The notes under the pieces were generated by a model that saw nothing but the letters and a program-made list of their open reading frames with translations, was not told where the DNA came from and made no database searches. DNA of 64,000 nt from Alphaproteobacteria bacterium (GTDB lineage Bacteria > Pseudomonadota > Alphaproteobacteria > UBA828): the NCBI GenBank assembly GCA_965214705.1, contig CBDCCI010000001.1:630013-694012 (forward strand), in the 5' to 3' direction. Below, piece by piece: positions 16,849 to 26,877 of the stretch. Within the stretch, counting starts at the first letter, position 1. Each line of letters starts with the position of its first letter. A program made the translations under genes and the position numbers.

Positions 16849-17727
16849 ATGACCGGGACCGCGTGCGACACGAACACCGTCACCCCTCTTCGCCAGCGCA
16901 TGGAGGAGCAGCTCCGCATCGCCAATCTGGCCGCGAGCACGTCCAAGGCCTACATCTGCGAGATCAAGAACCTGGCCAGGTACTACGACGCCTCGCCGGA
17001 CGAGCTCGACGCCGAGCAGGTGCGCCAGTGGTACCTGGGGCGGATCGACAAGGGGCTCAGTCCGGGCACGACCAACGTCTCCTTCGCCGCGCTGAACTTC
17101 CTCTACATCGACACACTCGGCTGGCCTGACCATGTCGCCGGCCTGCGCTCCCGCAAGAAGCCCGGCAAGCTGCCGCGCTACATGTCGGAGCAGGAGGTCG
17201 AGCACCTCATCCTTGCGACACCCGACCTCCGCCACCGTGCTGCCATTGTCACCGGCTATGGCGGCGGGCTCCGCATCTCCGAGACCTTGGCCATCAAGGT
17301 CGGCGACATCCTGTCGGAGAAGAAGCTGCTGCACATCCCCTCCGGCAAAGGCGGCACCGAGAGAATGGCACCGTTGCCGGACATCGTCATCCACTACTTG
17401 CGCGTCTACTACAGGAACATCTGGCCGCGTCCGACGAACTGGCTCTTCTACGGCGTCTCGCTCGACAGGCCCATCGCAACGGAGACCTTGCAGGCCGCCT
17501 TCAGGAGGGCGCGCGACATTGCCGAGCTCGACCGCAGCTACACCTTCCATTGCCTGCGCCATTCGGCGGCGACCCATCTCCTCGAGCGCGGCGGCGATAT
17601 CGAGGTGATCCGGGACATGCTCGGCCATCGAAGCGCGAACACGACCCGTCACTACGCCCGCGTCACCGGCAAGATGTTCGAGGGCCTCGACCACCCGATC
17701 TCAGGCTTCGCAGCGTTGCGCAACTGA
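16849..17727 (+). CDS. tyrosine recombinase of IS copy 3
   Basis: Identical to copy 1 except for the S to N substitution it shares with copy 2. Confidence 0.85.
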   Translation: MTGTACDTNTVTPLRQRMEEQLRIANLAASTSKAYICEIKNLARYYDASPDELDAEQVRQWYLGRIDKGLSPGTTNVSFAALNFLYIDTLGWPDHVAGLRSRKKPGKLPRYMSEQEVEHLILATPDLRHRAAIVTGYGGGLRISETLAIKVGDILSEKKLLHIPSGKGGTERMAPLPDIVIHYLRVYYRNIWPRPTNWLFYGVSLDRPIATETLQAAFRRARDIAELDRSYTFHCLRHSAATHLLERGGDIEVIRDMLGHRSANTTRHYARVTGKMFEGLDHPISGFAALRN

Positions 17728-17733
17728 CGGCGC

Positions 17734-18975
17734 GTGGAGGCCGAACGCGCGGGCGTGGCGGAGATCTTCCGCCGCGCCGGCGCCGCTTTCCGTGAGCGCC
17801 ACAAAGGGCGCATCGACGCCGCCCGGCTCAAGGTCATGGGCGCCATCGAGGCGTGCCGCACCGCCGTGCTCGGCGGCCACATGTACGCCTGCGAGGGCTG
17901 CGGGCGCGAGCATCCGCTCTTCAACTCCTGCCGCAACCGCCACTGCCCCACCTGCCAGGGTCTCGCCGCCAACCTCTGGAGCGAGGAGCGCGCCGGGGAC
18001 ATCCTGCCGGTGCCCTACTTCCATGTGGTCTTCACCCTGCCCAAGGAGGTTGCCGCCATTGCCTTCTGCAACCGCAGGGTGGTGTTCGACATCCTCTTCC
18101 GGGCCGTCGCCGAGACCCTGCGCACCATCGCCGCCGATCCCCGCCACGGCGGCATGCGCATCGGCGGCACCGCGGTCCTCCATACCTGGGATCAGAAGCT
18201 CCGCTTCCACCCGCACCTGCACGTGGTCGTGCCCAACGCGGGCTTCGACGTAGACAGTGGCGAGTGGAAGACGGGGAGCACCACCTTCCTCGCCCCCGTC
18301 AAGGTCCTCGGCAGCCTGTTCCGCCGCCTCTTCCTCAAGGAGCTCGCCCGCGCCCACGGCCGGGGGGACCTGGAGTTCCACGGCACCCTCGCCCACCTCG
18401 CCAATCCCGGCGAGTTCCACGCCACGCTTGCCGCCGCCCGGGCCAGGGACTGGGTGGTCTACGCCAAGCGGCCCTTCCGCGGGCCTGAGCAGGTCTTCCG
18501 GTACCTCTCGCACTACACGCACAGGATCGCCATCTCCGACAGCCGCATCGTCTCCTTCGACGGCGAGACGGTCTCCTTCCGCCACCGAAAGCCCAAGGCG
18601 CCGGGGCAGAGAAAGCCGCGCTACGGCATCGCCACCGTGAGCGCCGACGAGTTCATCCGCCGCTTCCTGAGGCACGTCCTGCCGGACGGCATGCACCGCA
18701 TTCGCTACTTCGGCATCCTCGCCAACGGCTGCCGCGCCAGCACGCTGGAGAGAGCACGCCAGGCTCTCGGCGCCCTCGGCTGCGCCGCCCCCGAGGGAAG
18801 CGTGGACGGCGCTCAGGCCGAGCCCGACGAAGAGCCCGAGATCGGCACCGCGCCCGTGGCCTGCCCCCACTGCGGCGGCGTCATGCGCCTCGTCCGCGAA
18901 ATCCGCCGCCGCCATGAGCCCCGCTCGACGCGCGGCCCGCCGGCGCTGCCGCCGACCCACAGGGGGAAACCGTGA
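17734..18975 (+). CDS. IS91-family transposase of IS copy 3
   Basis: Its translation is identical to that of copy 1. Confidence 0.9.
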   Translation: MEAERAGVAEIFRRAGAAFRERHKGRIDAARLKVMGAIEACRTAVLGGHMYACEGCGREHPLFNSCRNRHCPTCQGLAANLWSEERAGDILPVPYFHVVFTLPKEVAAIAFCNRRVVFDILFRAVAETLRTIAADPRHGGMRIGGTAVLHTWDQKLRFHPHLHVVVPNAGFDVDSGEWKTGSTTFLAPVKVLGSLFRRLFLKELARAHGRGDLEFHGTLAHLANPGEFHATLAAARARDWVVYAKRPFRGPEQVFRYLSHYTHRIAISDSRIVSFDGETVSFRHRKPKAPGQRKPRYGIATVSADEFIRRFLRHVLPDGMHRIRYFGILANGCRASTLERARQALGALGCAAPEGSVDGAQAEPDEEPEIGTAPVACPHCGGVMRLVREIRRRHEPRSTRGPPALPPTHRGKP

Positions 18976-19313
18976 GACGCCCGCTCGCTTCGGCCCCGCG
19001 CAACGGCGCCAAAGCGCCGACGCACGACCGAACCTGTCTCCGCTTGAGCCGGGCTGACAGCCCTCGGCTCACACCCCGCTCAGTCCTCGCAGCGTGCGCC
19101 CGCATGCCTGCCGAAAGACCGGCGCGAGCGTCGATTTTATGCGCAACTCTGCTGCCGGTGGATGCCGCCTGACGCTGACATCAGCGCACTTTCCACATAG
19201 CTCAACTTCGCCTCTCGTGGCCCGCGGCTTCGTTCAAAAGGGTTGGGCAGGCTCTCGAGAGAGAGCCTGCCCAACCCTTAACCATTTCGCCGGAGTGCCC
19301 CGCGCCGTTCGCG

Positions 19314-20549
19314 TCACGTTCTAGACCGGCGCGCTCCTTCGCCCCTTCCGGGGGGGGGGGGATATTCACCGCAGCCGTCACGACCGTCGAGTGAGACGTG
19401 CCGGACCGGCGTCGAGAGGCCCGGACGCCGCTTTGCGAAGGCGGCGCCGTGTGGACGCAACCGGGCCACTGTTCGGTATACCAAGGTGTAGAGTGCAAAC
19501 AGCAATGCCAAGGCGACAAGCAACCACTCTCGATCATGCGGAACGAGCACGACCGCAGCCAAGCTCGCCAACGACCCTCCCCACATCAGCGCGCCGGTCA
19601 CGGGATTGGCAAGCCGCTCATTCCCGGCCGCCCGGGCGAGCCTCCTTCCGAGGCGCCGGTAAACCAACATATGCAGATGCAGTCGGTCCGGTCGGAAAGG
19701 GCTGCCGCCTCTGCGGATCTTTCGGGTAACCGAGAACGCGGTCTCCAGCAGGGGATAGGCCAGTATGACCACGCTAACCCACGGGGAGACATCGGGATTT
19801 CGCATGGGAACCATGACGGCCACGGAAGCGATCATGAAGCCGAGCAAATAGGCTCCTCCATCTCCCAGGAAAATATAGCCAAACGGAAAATTCACCAACA
19901 AGAACCCCAACAGAACACCAACAATAACGAAACAGAACGACGCCATGTCGTGATCGCCCACCCCGAGGGAAACGACGGCGAATGCGACCAGCATGATGAT
20001 CGTGGTTCCCGTCGCCAGACCGTTGAAACCGTCAATGATGTTCACCGCGTGCGTCAAACCGGCCATCGCGAAGGCGGTGAAGGCTATTGCAATGAAAGGA
20101 AGTGCCATCGCATGATCGACGAAAGGTATGTCCACGCGCGTCACGGCGTAGCCGGTCAAAAGGCAAAAGACGAGGCCCGAAAGCATCGGTGCAACGAGCC
20201 GCAATGTGATCCCACCGGTCTTGGTGAAATCTTCGACCATACCCGCCAGAAAGGCGAAGGCGGCGCTGGCGCCGACGGCAAACAGGAGATCACGCACCGG
20301 CGGCGGCGATGCGCTCGCCGCCGCCCAATATCCTGCGTACACGGCAAGACCGCCGATCCTAGGGGTGGGCGTCGCATGAAACTTATGCGGCCCCACCGCA
20401 TGATCGTGACTGAGAGCGCCGTGCCAGCGCCTGGTCATTACCAACACGGCGCCAATAACAACGGTGACCGCGAGGCCGAGGAGGGATGAGTAGATGAAGT
20501 TTGGGGGCATTGGGGGTCGGATACTCTCGTTGAGGGCGCTAACCGTCAC
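19314..20549 (-). CDS. polyprenyl-phosphate sugar-1-phosphate transferase (MraY/WecA-like family)
   Basis: Multi-pass membrane protein with the NIIDGFNGLATG motif. GTG start at 20549, with an alternative ATG at 20510. The stop lies 30 bp from the right end of IS copy 3. Confidence 0.8.
   Translation of the reverse strand: MTVSALNESIRPPMPPNFIYSSLLGLAVTVVIGAVLVMTRRWHGALSHDHAVGPHKFHATPTPRIGGLAVYAGYWAAASASPPPVRDLLFAVGASAAFAFLAGMVEDFTKTGGITLRLVAPMLSGLVFCLLTGYAVTRVDIPFVDHAMALPFIAIAFTAFAMAGLTHAVNIIDGFNGLATGTTIIMLVAFAVVSLGVGDHDMASFCFVIVGVLLGFLLVNFPFGYIFLGDGGAYLLGFMIASVAVMVPMRNPDVSPWVSVVILAYPLLETAFSVTRKIRRGGSPFRPDRLHLHMLVYRRLGRRLARAAGNERLANPVTGALMWGGSLASLAAVVLVPHDREWLLVALALLFALYTLVYRTVARLRPHGAAFAKRRPGLSTPVRHVSLDGRDGCGEYPPPPGRGEGARRSRT
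19350..19361. repeat. G12 homopolymer inside the 3' end of the WecA-like ORF
   Basis: Twelve consecutive G on the + strand encode PPPP near the C-terminus. Confidence 0.9.
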
Positions 20550-20882
20550 CCGGTGCGATGCCGCGCTCGTCCCGCTGTTCGATCATGATCTCCGCGCTCC
20601 CGAGAACCCCGCAGCGCTGCTCCCTCGTCCCGATCGCAACACGCCGGGAAGGGGTACGCGTAGGTCACTGCGGCAACCTACCCCGGGAAGTCCGTTGCTT
20701 CAATCCATGGCCTCTCGGGCGACCCCCGCGCAGCGCTGGGATTGTCACCCGCAGGGCGATCCTCTCTCTCAATTCGCTCATCCTCGCGGTCTACAAGGGT
20801 TTTGCGCAATCCAGCCCACGTCCAACTGCCGCTTTGGGATCATACTCGCCGAGGATCGCCGGATCGAGCGCGCGCGCCCTGC

Positions 20883-22241
20883 TCATCGCGGGCCCGCAGG
20901 GGCCGTATCCTCGCCCGGCCCCGTCGCCGGCCGGCCGACACTCACGGAGCGAAAGCCGACGGCGGCCAGCTCGGCCGGATCGTAGATGTTGCGGAGATCG
21001 ACGATCAGCGGCGTCCTCAGCAAGCCCCTGACGCGCTCCAGGTCGAGCGCCCTGAACTCGTTCCACTCGGTGAGGACGAGCAGCGCATCCGCGCCCGCCA
21101 TCGCATCGTAGGAATCGCGGCACCAGACCACGCCATCGAGAACGCGCCGCGCCTCGTCCATGCCGGCGGGGTCGAAGGCGCGGACCGTCGCTCCCCTCTC
21201 CATGAGGCCGCGCAGGATGACGAGGCTCGGGCTTTCCCGCACGTCGTCGGTGTTGGGCTTGAAGGTGACGCCGAGCGCCGCGACGGTCTTGCCCGAGACT
21301 GTGCCGCCGCAGGCCTGCACGATCTTTTCGATCATCCTGGCCTTGCGCTCGCCGTTGCTGCGCAGCACCGTCTCGACGATGCCGCATGGCGCACCGGCTT
21401 CCTCGGCGATGCGGGCGAAGGCCGCCGTGTCCTTGGGGAAGCAGGAGCCACCGAAGCCAGGCCCTGCGTGCAGGAAATACCGCCCAATGCGATTGTCGAG
21501 CCCGATTCCCTTGGCAACGTCCTGGACATCGGCGCCCACGCGTTCACAGAGATCGGCGATCTCGTTGATGAAGGCGATCTTGGTCGCGAGGAAGCAATTG
21601 GCGGCATACTTGATGAGTTCCGCCGCCTCGAGCGTGGTGAACAGCACCGGTGTCTCAATGAGAAACAGCGGCCGATACAGCGCCCGCATGACCTCCCGCG
21701 CCCGCGCGGACTCGACCCCGACAACGACCCGGTCGGGCCGCATGAAGTCGCCGACCGCGGAACCTTCACGCAGGAACTCGGGATTGGAGACGATATCGAA
21801 CGCGGCGTCCGGCCGCCGGTGCCGGATGATGTCGGCGATTTCGCGGCCGGTGCCGACGGGCACTGTCGATTTGGTCGCGACGACGGTATAGACGTCGAGC
21901 GCATCGGCAACCTGGCAGGCGGCCTTGCGGATAAAGGAAAGGTCCGCATGGCCGTCGCCGCGGCGGCTCGGCGTGCCGACCGCCAGCATCACCAAGTCGG
22001 CTCCCGGCACGGCGTCGGCGACATCGCCGGTGAAGGAGAGGCGCCTGGCCTCGATATTGGACGCGAACAGCCCGTCGAGCCCCGGCTCGTAGAACGGCAC
22101 CCGTCCCGCCCGCAGCGTCTCGATCCTCTCCGGTTCGGCATCGACGCAGGTGACAGCGAATCCGAATTCGGAAAAGCAGGCGGCCGATACGAGGCCAACA
22201 TAGCCGGCGCCTATCATTGCGATGCGCATTGCAGTGCTCAC
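20883..22241 (-). CDS. ugd: UDP-glucose 6-dehydrogenase
   Basis: N-terminal Rossmann motif MRIAMIGAGYVGLVSAACF and family-wide conservation such as GGSCFPKD. The start is at 22241 or 22229. Confidence 0.9.
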   Translation of the reverse strand: MSTAMRIAMIGAGYVGLVSAACFSEFGFAVTCVDAEPERIETLRAGRVPFYEPGLDGLFASNIEARRLSFTGDVADAVPGADLVMLAVGTPSRRGDGHADLSFIRKAACQVADALDVYTVVATKSTVPVGTGREIADIIRHRRPDAAFDIVSNPEFLREGSAVGDFMRPDRVVVGVESARAREVMRALYRPLFLIETPVLFTTLEAAELIKYAANCFLATKIAFINEIADLCERVGADVQDVAKGIGLDNRIGRYFLHAGPGFGGSCFPKDTAAFARIAEEAGAPCGIVETVLRSNGERKARMIEKIVQACGGTVSGKTVAALGVTFKPNTDDVRESPSLVILRGLMERGATVRAFDPAGMDEARRVLDGVVWCRDSYDAMAGADALLVLTEWNEFRALDLERVRGLLRTPLIVDLRNIYDPAELAAVGFRSVSVGRPATGPGEDTAPAGPR

Positions 22242-22271
22242 CCGATCAACGACTCTGTACGCTGAACCGTT

Positions 22272-22963
22272 CTACGGCGACGGCGCGATCCGACGCAGGA
22301 AGGATAGCAGTTCCTTCCTCAGCGCCGGATTCTCCAGGGCGCAGGCGACGGTTGCCTGAATGAATCCGGCCGGGCTCCCGCAATCGAAGCGCTGGCCGGC
22401 AAAACGCACGCCCGTAAGGTAAGGGGCGCATCCTGCTCCATCGCCGCCATGACATCGGTGAGCTGAATCTCGCCGCTGGCGTGGCGCCGGGCGACTGCGC
22501 CGCAAGCCGCGCGAAGACACCGGGCAGCAGGACGTAGCGGCTCGTGAGCGCAAGCCGCTACGACGTCGCGACCGGACCGGGCTTCTCCACCATGCCGGAG
22601 AGCGCGACGGTTCGCGCCTCCTCGGGCGTGACCTCGACAATCCCATAGCAGCCGGTCTCGCCCTCCGGCACCTCGGCGAGCGCCAGCGCCGCTTCGTCCC
22701 CGAGCGCCGCAAATACCCAACGAGTTCCTCGTCGCGATCGAAATGTTCTTCGATCGCCGCCTTACCCGGCCGGTAACGAAGATGAGCCGGTGGCGAAGAT
22801 GAACTGCTTGATTTCGGCAGCTCGCGCCTCCTCCACCACATACTGGGTGAGCGGCTTGTCGACCAGAGGCAGCATCTCCTTGGGCACCAGCCTTCCTCGC
22901 GGGTCGAAAGCGCGAGCCCAGGCCAGCGACCGGGAGCACCGCCTTCCTCACGGGTTTCGCCAT
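22272..22963 (-). pseudogene. galU: UTP-glucose-1-phosphate uridylyltransferase, multiply frameshifted and internally deleted
   Basis: [50 protein letters not shown] and YLTGVRFAGQRFDCGSPAGFIQATVACAL are spread over three frames. The total length is shorter than a normal galU. Confidence 0.75.
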
Positions 22964-23365
22964 TCCATAAGCCTCGCTTCGCTGATCGGCGTCGATCACG
23001 GCGGACATATGCCACGCCGGACGCAGCCCAGCAAGCGGGGCGGCCGGCGTGATGGTGTGAGCGTGCGAGCGTGCGCAACGATAGAAGCGGCCCTTTCCAC
23101 CTGCTAATCTCCCGAACCGCTTATGCACAATGCTCCGGTGAAACGCACATGTAGCGTCTGGCGAGCCTGGAACAGTCGACATTGGTGGCAGCATCGTGTG
23201 CCACCGGAGCCAAGTGCATAAGCGGTTCTCCCGAATCTGAAGCTCGCCACACAAGGAAGCTTTGTCGGCCACCTCATGGCGGGTCGCCCGGTCGCGGCTG
23301 ACGAGAGTCCCGACAGCAGGCGGGTGGAGGATGAACGAGACATCACGACGGACACGAGAAGGCCG

Positions 23366-23495
23366 ATGAAACGTCGCAACCGGATATTGGTGACCGGCGG
23401 TGCCGGATTTCTCGGCTCTCACTTGTGTGAACGGTTGCTCGCGGAAGACAACGAAGTCATTTGCGTCGACAACTACTACACCGGATCCCGACCGG
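23366..23495 (+). pseudogene. NAD-dependent epimerase / UDP-glucuronate decarboxylase-like gene, 5' fragment only
   Basis: [42 protein letters not shown], after which homology is lost. Confidence 0.6.
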
Positions 23496-23735
23496 AGACG
23501 GAACCGCCGCTGCCGCCTCGCTTGGTGCTTGACAAGGCGGAGAAGCGCGCTCTTCACGATCATGTGATCGCCATTGCGGAGCGCACGGTGCCGGCCGGAA
23601 CGGATGAGGCGGTGATGGCAAGATGCCGTAATGGGGCCCGGCACCGATCGGCACCGTTGGAGCCTGTCGCGATGGCCGCAAATCGGGTGTCGTTGCCCTT
23701 ACACGCTGAGCATGTCCACGGGGTCTTCCGACGTC

Positions 23736-25336
23736 TCAACGGTGCGCTCCGAAGGCGCCGGCGATACCGCTGTCGCCATCCGTTGCACCGAAGGTGCCGG
23801 CAACACCCGTCGGATGCTCGCTCGGGTTGGCTCCGTTACCGAAGAACGCCGCGCCCCACTCTCCTTGCCACCGGGCATCCGACCCGCCTCCGGAGACCTC
23901 CCCCCTCCACACTGACCAGTCCGATATGAACGCTGTCTCGAAACGCAGCTCCGTCGGAATGGACGCCGCACCATTTGCGGGGACGAAGTCAAAAATCACA
24001 CCGTCCAATCTGCCATCGTCCATACTCGTCCCGAAGTCGGCCGTCAGTTCCACGTCAGCCTCGAAAGAGCCCACATCCGAGTCGTTCGACGATCCGCCCG
24101 TATAGTACATCCCGATTGCATCGCCGACGTATATGGCGGTGCCGGTTAGCCTCTGCATGTGAGCCGGTTCGAACGGATCTCCGCCACCGGCAAGGACGCC
24201 GAAGTCGACCGGATCGAAGCTCGTAGCATCGTCCGGCAAATAGAGCCAGTATCCGAGGCTCAGATAATCGGCGGTCGGTACTTCGGCAGAAAAGGTCGGA
24301 CGAAGTACTACTTCGTCACTGCCTGAGGCGGCAGGCGTGAACACGACATTGCCACCGTATGGATAATAGTACCCTTTCGGCTGGGCGAGTTCGAGCCAGC
24401 ACGGTGATCCGCTGTCGCATGTGAACGTCCCCGATATGCCGTCCAACGTCCCGTCCAAGCCGTCGTCCGGTATCCGAACGCCTTGCCAGTCGTGACCCGG
24501 AAGAAGGTCTGGAATGTCGGCCAGAACGATGGTTCGGTCCGTCTCGCCGTAGCCAACCCAGGGTGCGCCCAATGTGTCGGAGTCGTCCGCATCGGTCGCG
24601 AGAGTGACTTCAAGCGTGCCGCCACTGATGTACTCTTTCCTTCCCTGGAATACCTGCCAGCCATCCCCCAGACCGTGAACTCCGGCTATTTCAGACGTCG
24701 TGATGCTCCGTCCTTGCCAATCCACGAGCGGATCAGACGGCAGAGCCGCGCTTGTGTGCGAAGTCAGGAATTCCAGGGCATTTGCGTCGTTGCGGTAAGG
24801 AATGGCATTAGCGTACCGCAACGGCGAGGTCTGCACGACAATCGAGTGCCCGGAGCCGGAGATAGGGCTCTCAATACGCCAAATGTTGGTGTGGCCATCC
24901 GCCACACTGACGACCTCGGCTATGGCGTCCGCGGCGGAGGGCTCCTGCCGATCATCGCTTGCTCCGAACGCACCCGTGATGCCGTCGCGGTCGAAGACGC
25001 CGCCGACCTCCTGGTGCAACGGACCGTAGAACATGCCGCTGATCGTGGGATCCACTCCGTCGTTGAAGGCCCCGTTCGTAAGGGAAAGATCGTTCCAGAG
25101 CATGTCGGGGCGTGCGGTCCCCGCCGCCACATCATGGATGCCGGTGAACGAGACATCGATGTCGGGCTCGGAAAGATCGTCTACGTCGACCGTGGCGTCG
25201 CCGAGGATCAGGCGGGTGGTTCCGGGCTCGTAGCGCGTCACATCCAAGCCGACCATGACGCCTGTCCATGTGGCGGAGCCCAGGCCAGTCGGGTTCGTGC
25301 CCGTGTATCGGCCAAACGATACGCCGTCGGTGCTAA
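23736..25336 (-). pseudogene. giant zincin/TbpB-like lipoprotein gene, 3' segment (track ORF 23736-25256 plus upstream open frame)
   Basis: Two TbpB/fHbp-type barrel signatures are present: MFYGPLHQEVGGVFDRDGITGAFGA and [38 protein letters not shown]. The frame stays open upstream of the Met to the IS boundary and joins in frame to 27705. Confidence 0.75.
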
Positions 25337-25371
25337 GTGTCCGGCCCGAAATGAATTGAGTGATTTCAGTG

Positions 25372-25556
25372 TGTTATGCTTCACTGGTTGTGTCCAAACA
25401 ATCAGCGAGGCACAAGATGTGGACTGAAATCACTCGACCGAAGTATGACCGCACGGGGCTGCGTTACGCAAGCGATGGAGTGGACGCCCCTCCCGGCGGC
25501 ATCGCGATGTGCCATGTTGGCGGTGGTGTTAACGCCAAGAGAGGAAAGGGGCGTCC
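25372..25556 (+). ncRNA. candidate IS110 left-end non-coding (bridge-RNA-like) region
   Basis: It is a 185-bp non-coding stretch upstream of the IS110 recombinase gene. It contains ACTGAAATCACTC (25423-25435), the perfect complement of GAGTGATTTCAGT (25358-25370). No covariance evidence is available. Confidence 0.3.
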
Positions 25557-26579
25557 ATGGACCAAGCTACCATGATCGGGATCGATCTTGCGAAGAACAG
25601 CTTTCAACTGCACGGCGCGGGCAGCGACGGGTCGGTCGTATTCCGCAAGAAGCTGAGCCGAGGGAAAGTGCTGGAGTTTCTGGCTTCCCAGCCGAGTTGC
25701 CAGGTGGCGATGGAGGCCTGCGCCGGCGCTCATTACTGGGGCCGGGAGATCGGCGATCTGGGTCACACGGTGAGGTTGATCCCACCCCAATATGTCAAGC
25801 CTTACGTCAAGCGTGGGAAGAACGACGCCGCGGATGCAGAGGCGATCTGCGAGGCGTCGTCGCGTCCGACGATGAGTTTCGTGGCGGTCAAGACGGCGGA
25901 ACAGCAGGGTCGGGTGATGCTGTTCCGGACCCGCGATCTGCTGGTGCGCCAGCGCACCCAGACCATCAACGCGCTACGCGGCCATCTGGCGGAGTTCGGC
26001 GTTGTTGCGGCCCAGGGCCCCGCTCATGTCGCCCGCTTGGCGTCGGCGCTCGAGGATCCGGACTCGGGCCTGCCGGATGCGGTCCGCGAGTTGGGCAGCC
26101 TCCTGTTCGAACAGGTCGCCGGCCTCACCGAGAAGATCGACGGCCTGGAGAAGGACATCCATGCGAGCGCGCGGCAGGATGCGGAAGCGCAGCGCCTGAT
26201 GAGCGTGCCGGGGATCGGCCCGATCACGGCGATGGCGATCCAGGCTTTCGCGCCGCCGATGGAGGGCTTCCGGCGCGGCCGGGACTTCGCCGCCTGGCTC
26301 GGCCTGGTGCCGCGCCAGCACTCGACCGGCGGCAAGCCGCGGCTAGGCAAGATATCGAAGATGGGCCAGCGCGATCTCAGGCGACTGCTGATCACGGGCG
26401 CAATGGCGGTCGTCCGCTGGGCTGTTCGGCGGGGCCGGACGAGCGACCCGTGGCTCGCCAGGATGCTGATGCGCAAGCCGCGCATGCTGGTCGCCGTGGC
26501 GCTGGCCAACCGGATGGCGCGCATCGTGTGGGCGCTGATGACGAAGAAGGAGCGTTATCGGGCTCCCGCAGCCGCCTGA
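25557..26579 (+). CDS. IS110-family transposase/recombinase
   Basis: MIGIDLAKNSFQLHG...MEACAGAHYWGREI...NDAADAEAICEA... in the N-terminal RuvC-like DEDD part. The C-terminal part reads SVPGIGPITAMAI...GLVPRQHSTGGK. Confidence 0.9.
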   Translation: MDQATMIGIDLAKNSFQLHGAGSDGSVVFRKKLSRGKVLEFLASQPSCQVAMEACAGAHYWGREIGDLGHTVRLIPPQYVKPYVKRGKNDAADAEAICEASSRPTMSFVAVKTAEQQGRVMLFRTRDLLVRQRTQTINALRGHLAEFGVVAAQGPAHVARLASALEDPDSGLPDAVRELGSLLFEQVAGLTEKIDGLEKDIHASARQDAEAQRLMSVPGIGPITAMAIQAFAPPMEGFRRGRDFAAWLGLVPRQHSTGGKPRLGKISKMGQRDLRRLLITGAMAVVRWAVRRGRTSDPWLARMLMRKPRMLVAVALANRMARIVWALMTKKERYRAPAAA

Positions 26580-26697
26580 GAGGCGTCAAAGCGGGTAGTT
26601 GTCGGGGACGCGGGCAGGTCTGAGGAAAGGCAAGGGCAAACGGTCAATCGAGACGGGGTCGGGAAAACCAGCTTTCGGATGCAGAGCCTTCGAGCTC

Positions 26698-26765
26698 GCG
26701 TCGACCGTGGCGTCGCCGATCAGGCGGGTGGTTCCGCTCGAAGCGGTCACATCCAAGCCGAAGCG
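26698..26765 (-). pseudogene. 66-bp paralogous fragment of the lipoprotein gene
   Basis: About 90% identical to 25186-25252 with a 3-bp in-frame indel. It encodes FGLDVTASSGTTRLIGDATVDA, compared with VGLDVTRYEPGTTRLILGDATVDV. Confidence 0.5.
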
Positions 26766-26877
26766 ATATGGACCCGATCCGCGCATCTCCATGAGGGCCC
26801 GCGGCGTGTGACGTGCCGCATTGAGAGGCCGGACACACGACAGCACCTGACCGCATGCGCTGAGCCGACCGAAGAAA

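Larger units (their letters stand above)
16618..19283 (+). mobile_element. IS91-family element with tyrosine recombinase, copy 3 (2,666 bp; downstream member of the tandem)
   Basis: It starts directly after the last base of copy 2 and has the standard right-end hairpin. Confidence 0.9.

Noticed and set aside
26827-26836. GGCCGGACAC considered as the left inverted repeat of the IS5-family element.
   Set aside because: It is in the same orientation as the right end, not inverted. The properly inverted partner, with a matching TAA duplication, is at 25337. Its origin remains unexplained.
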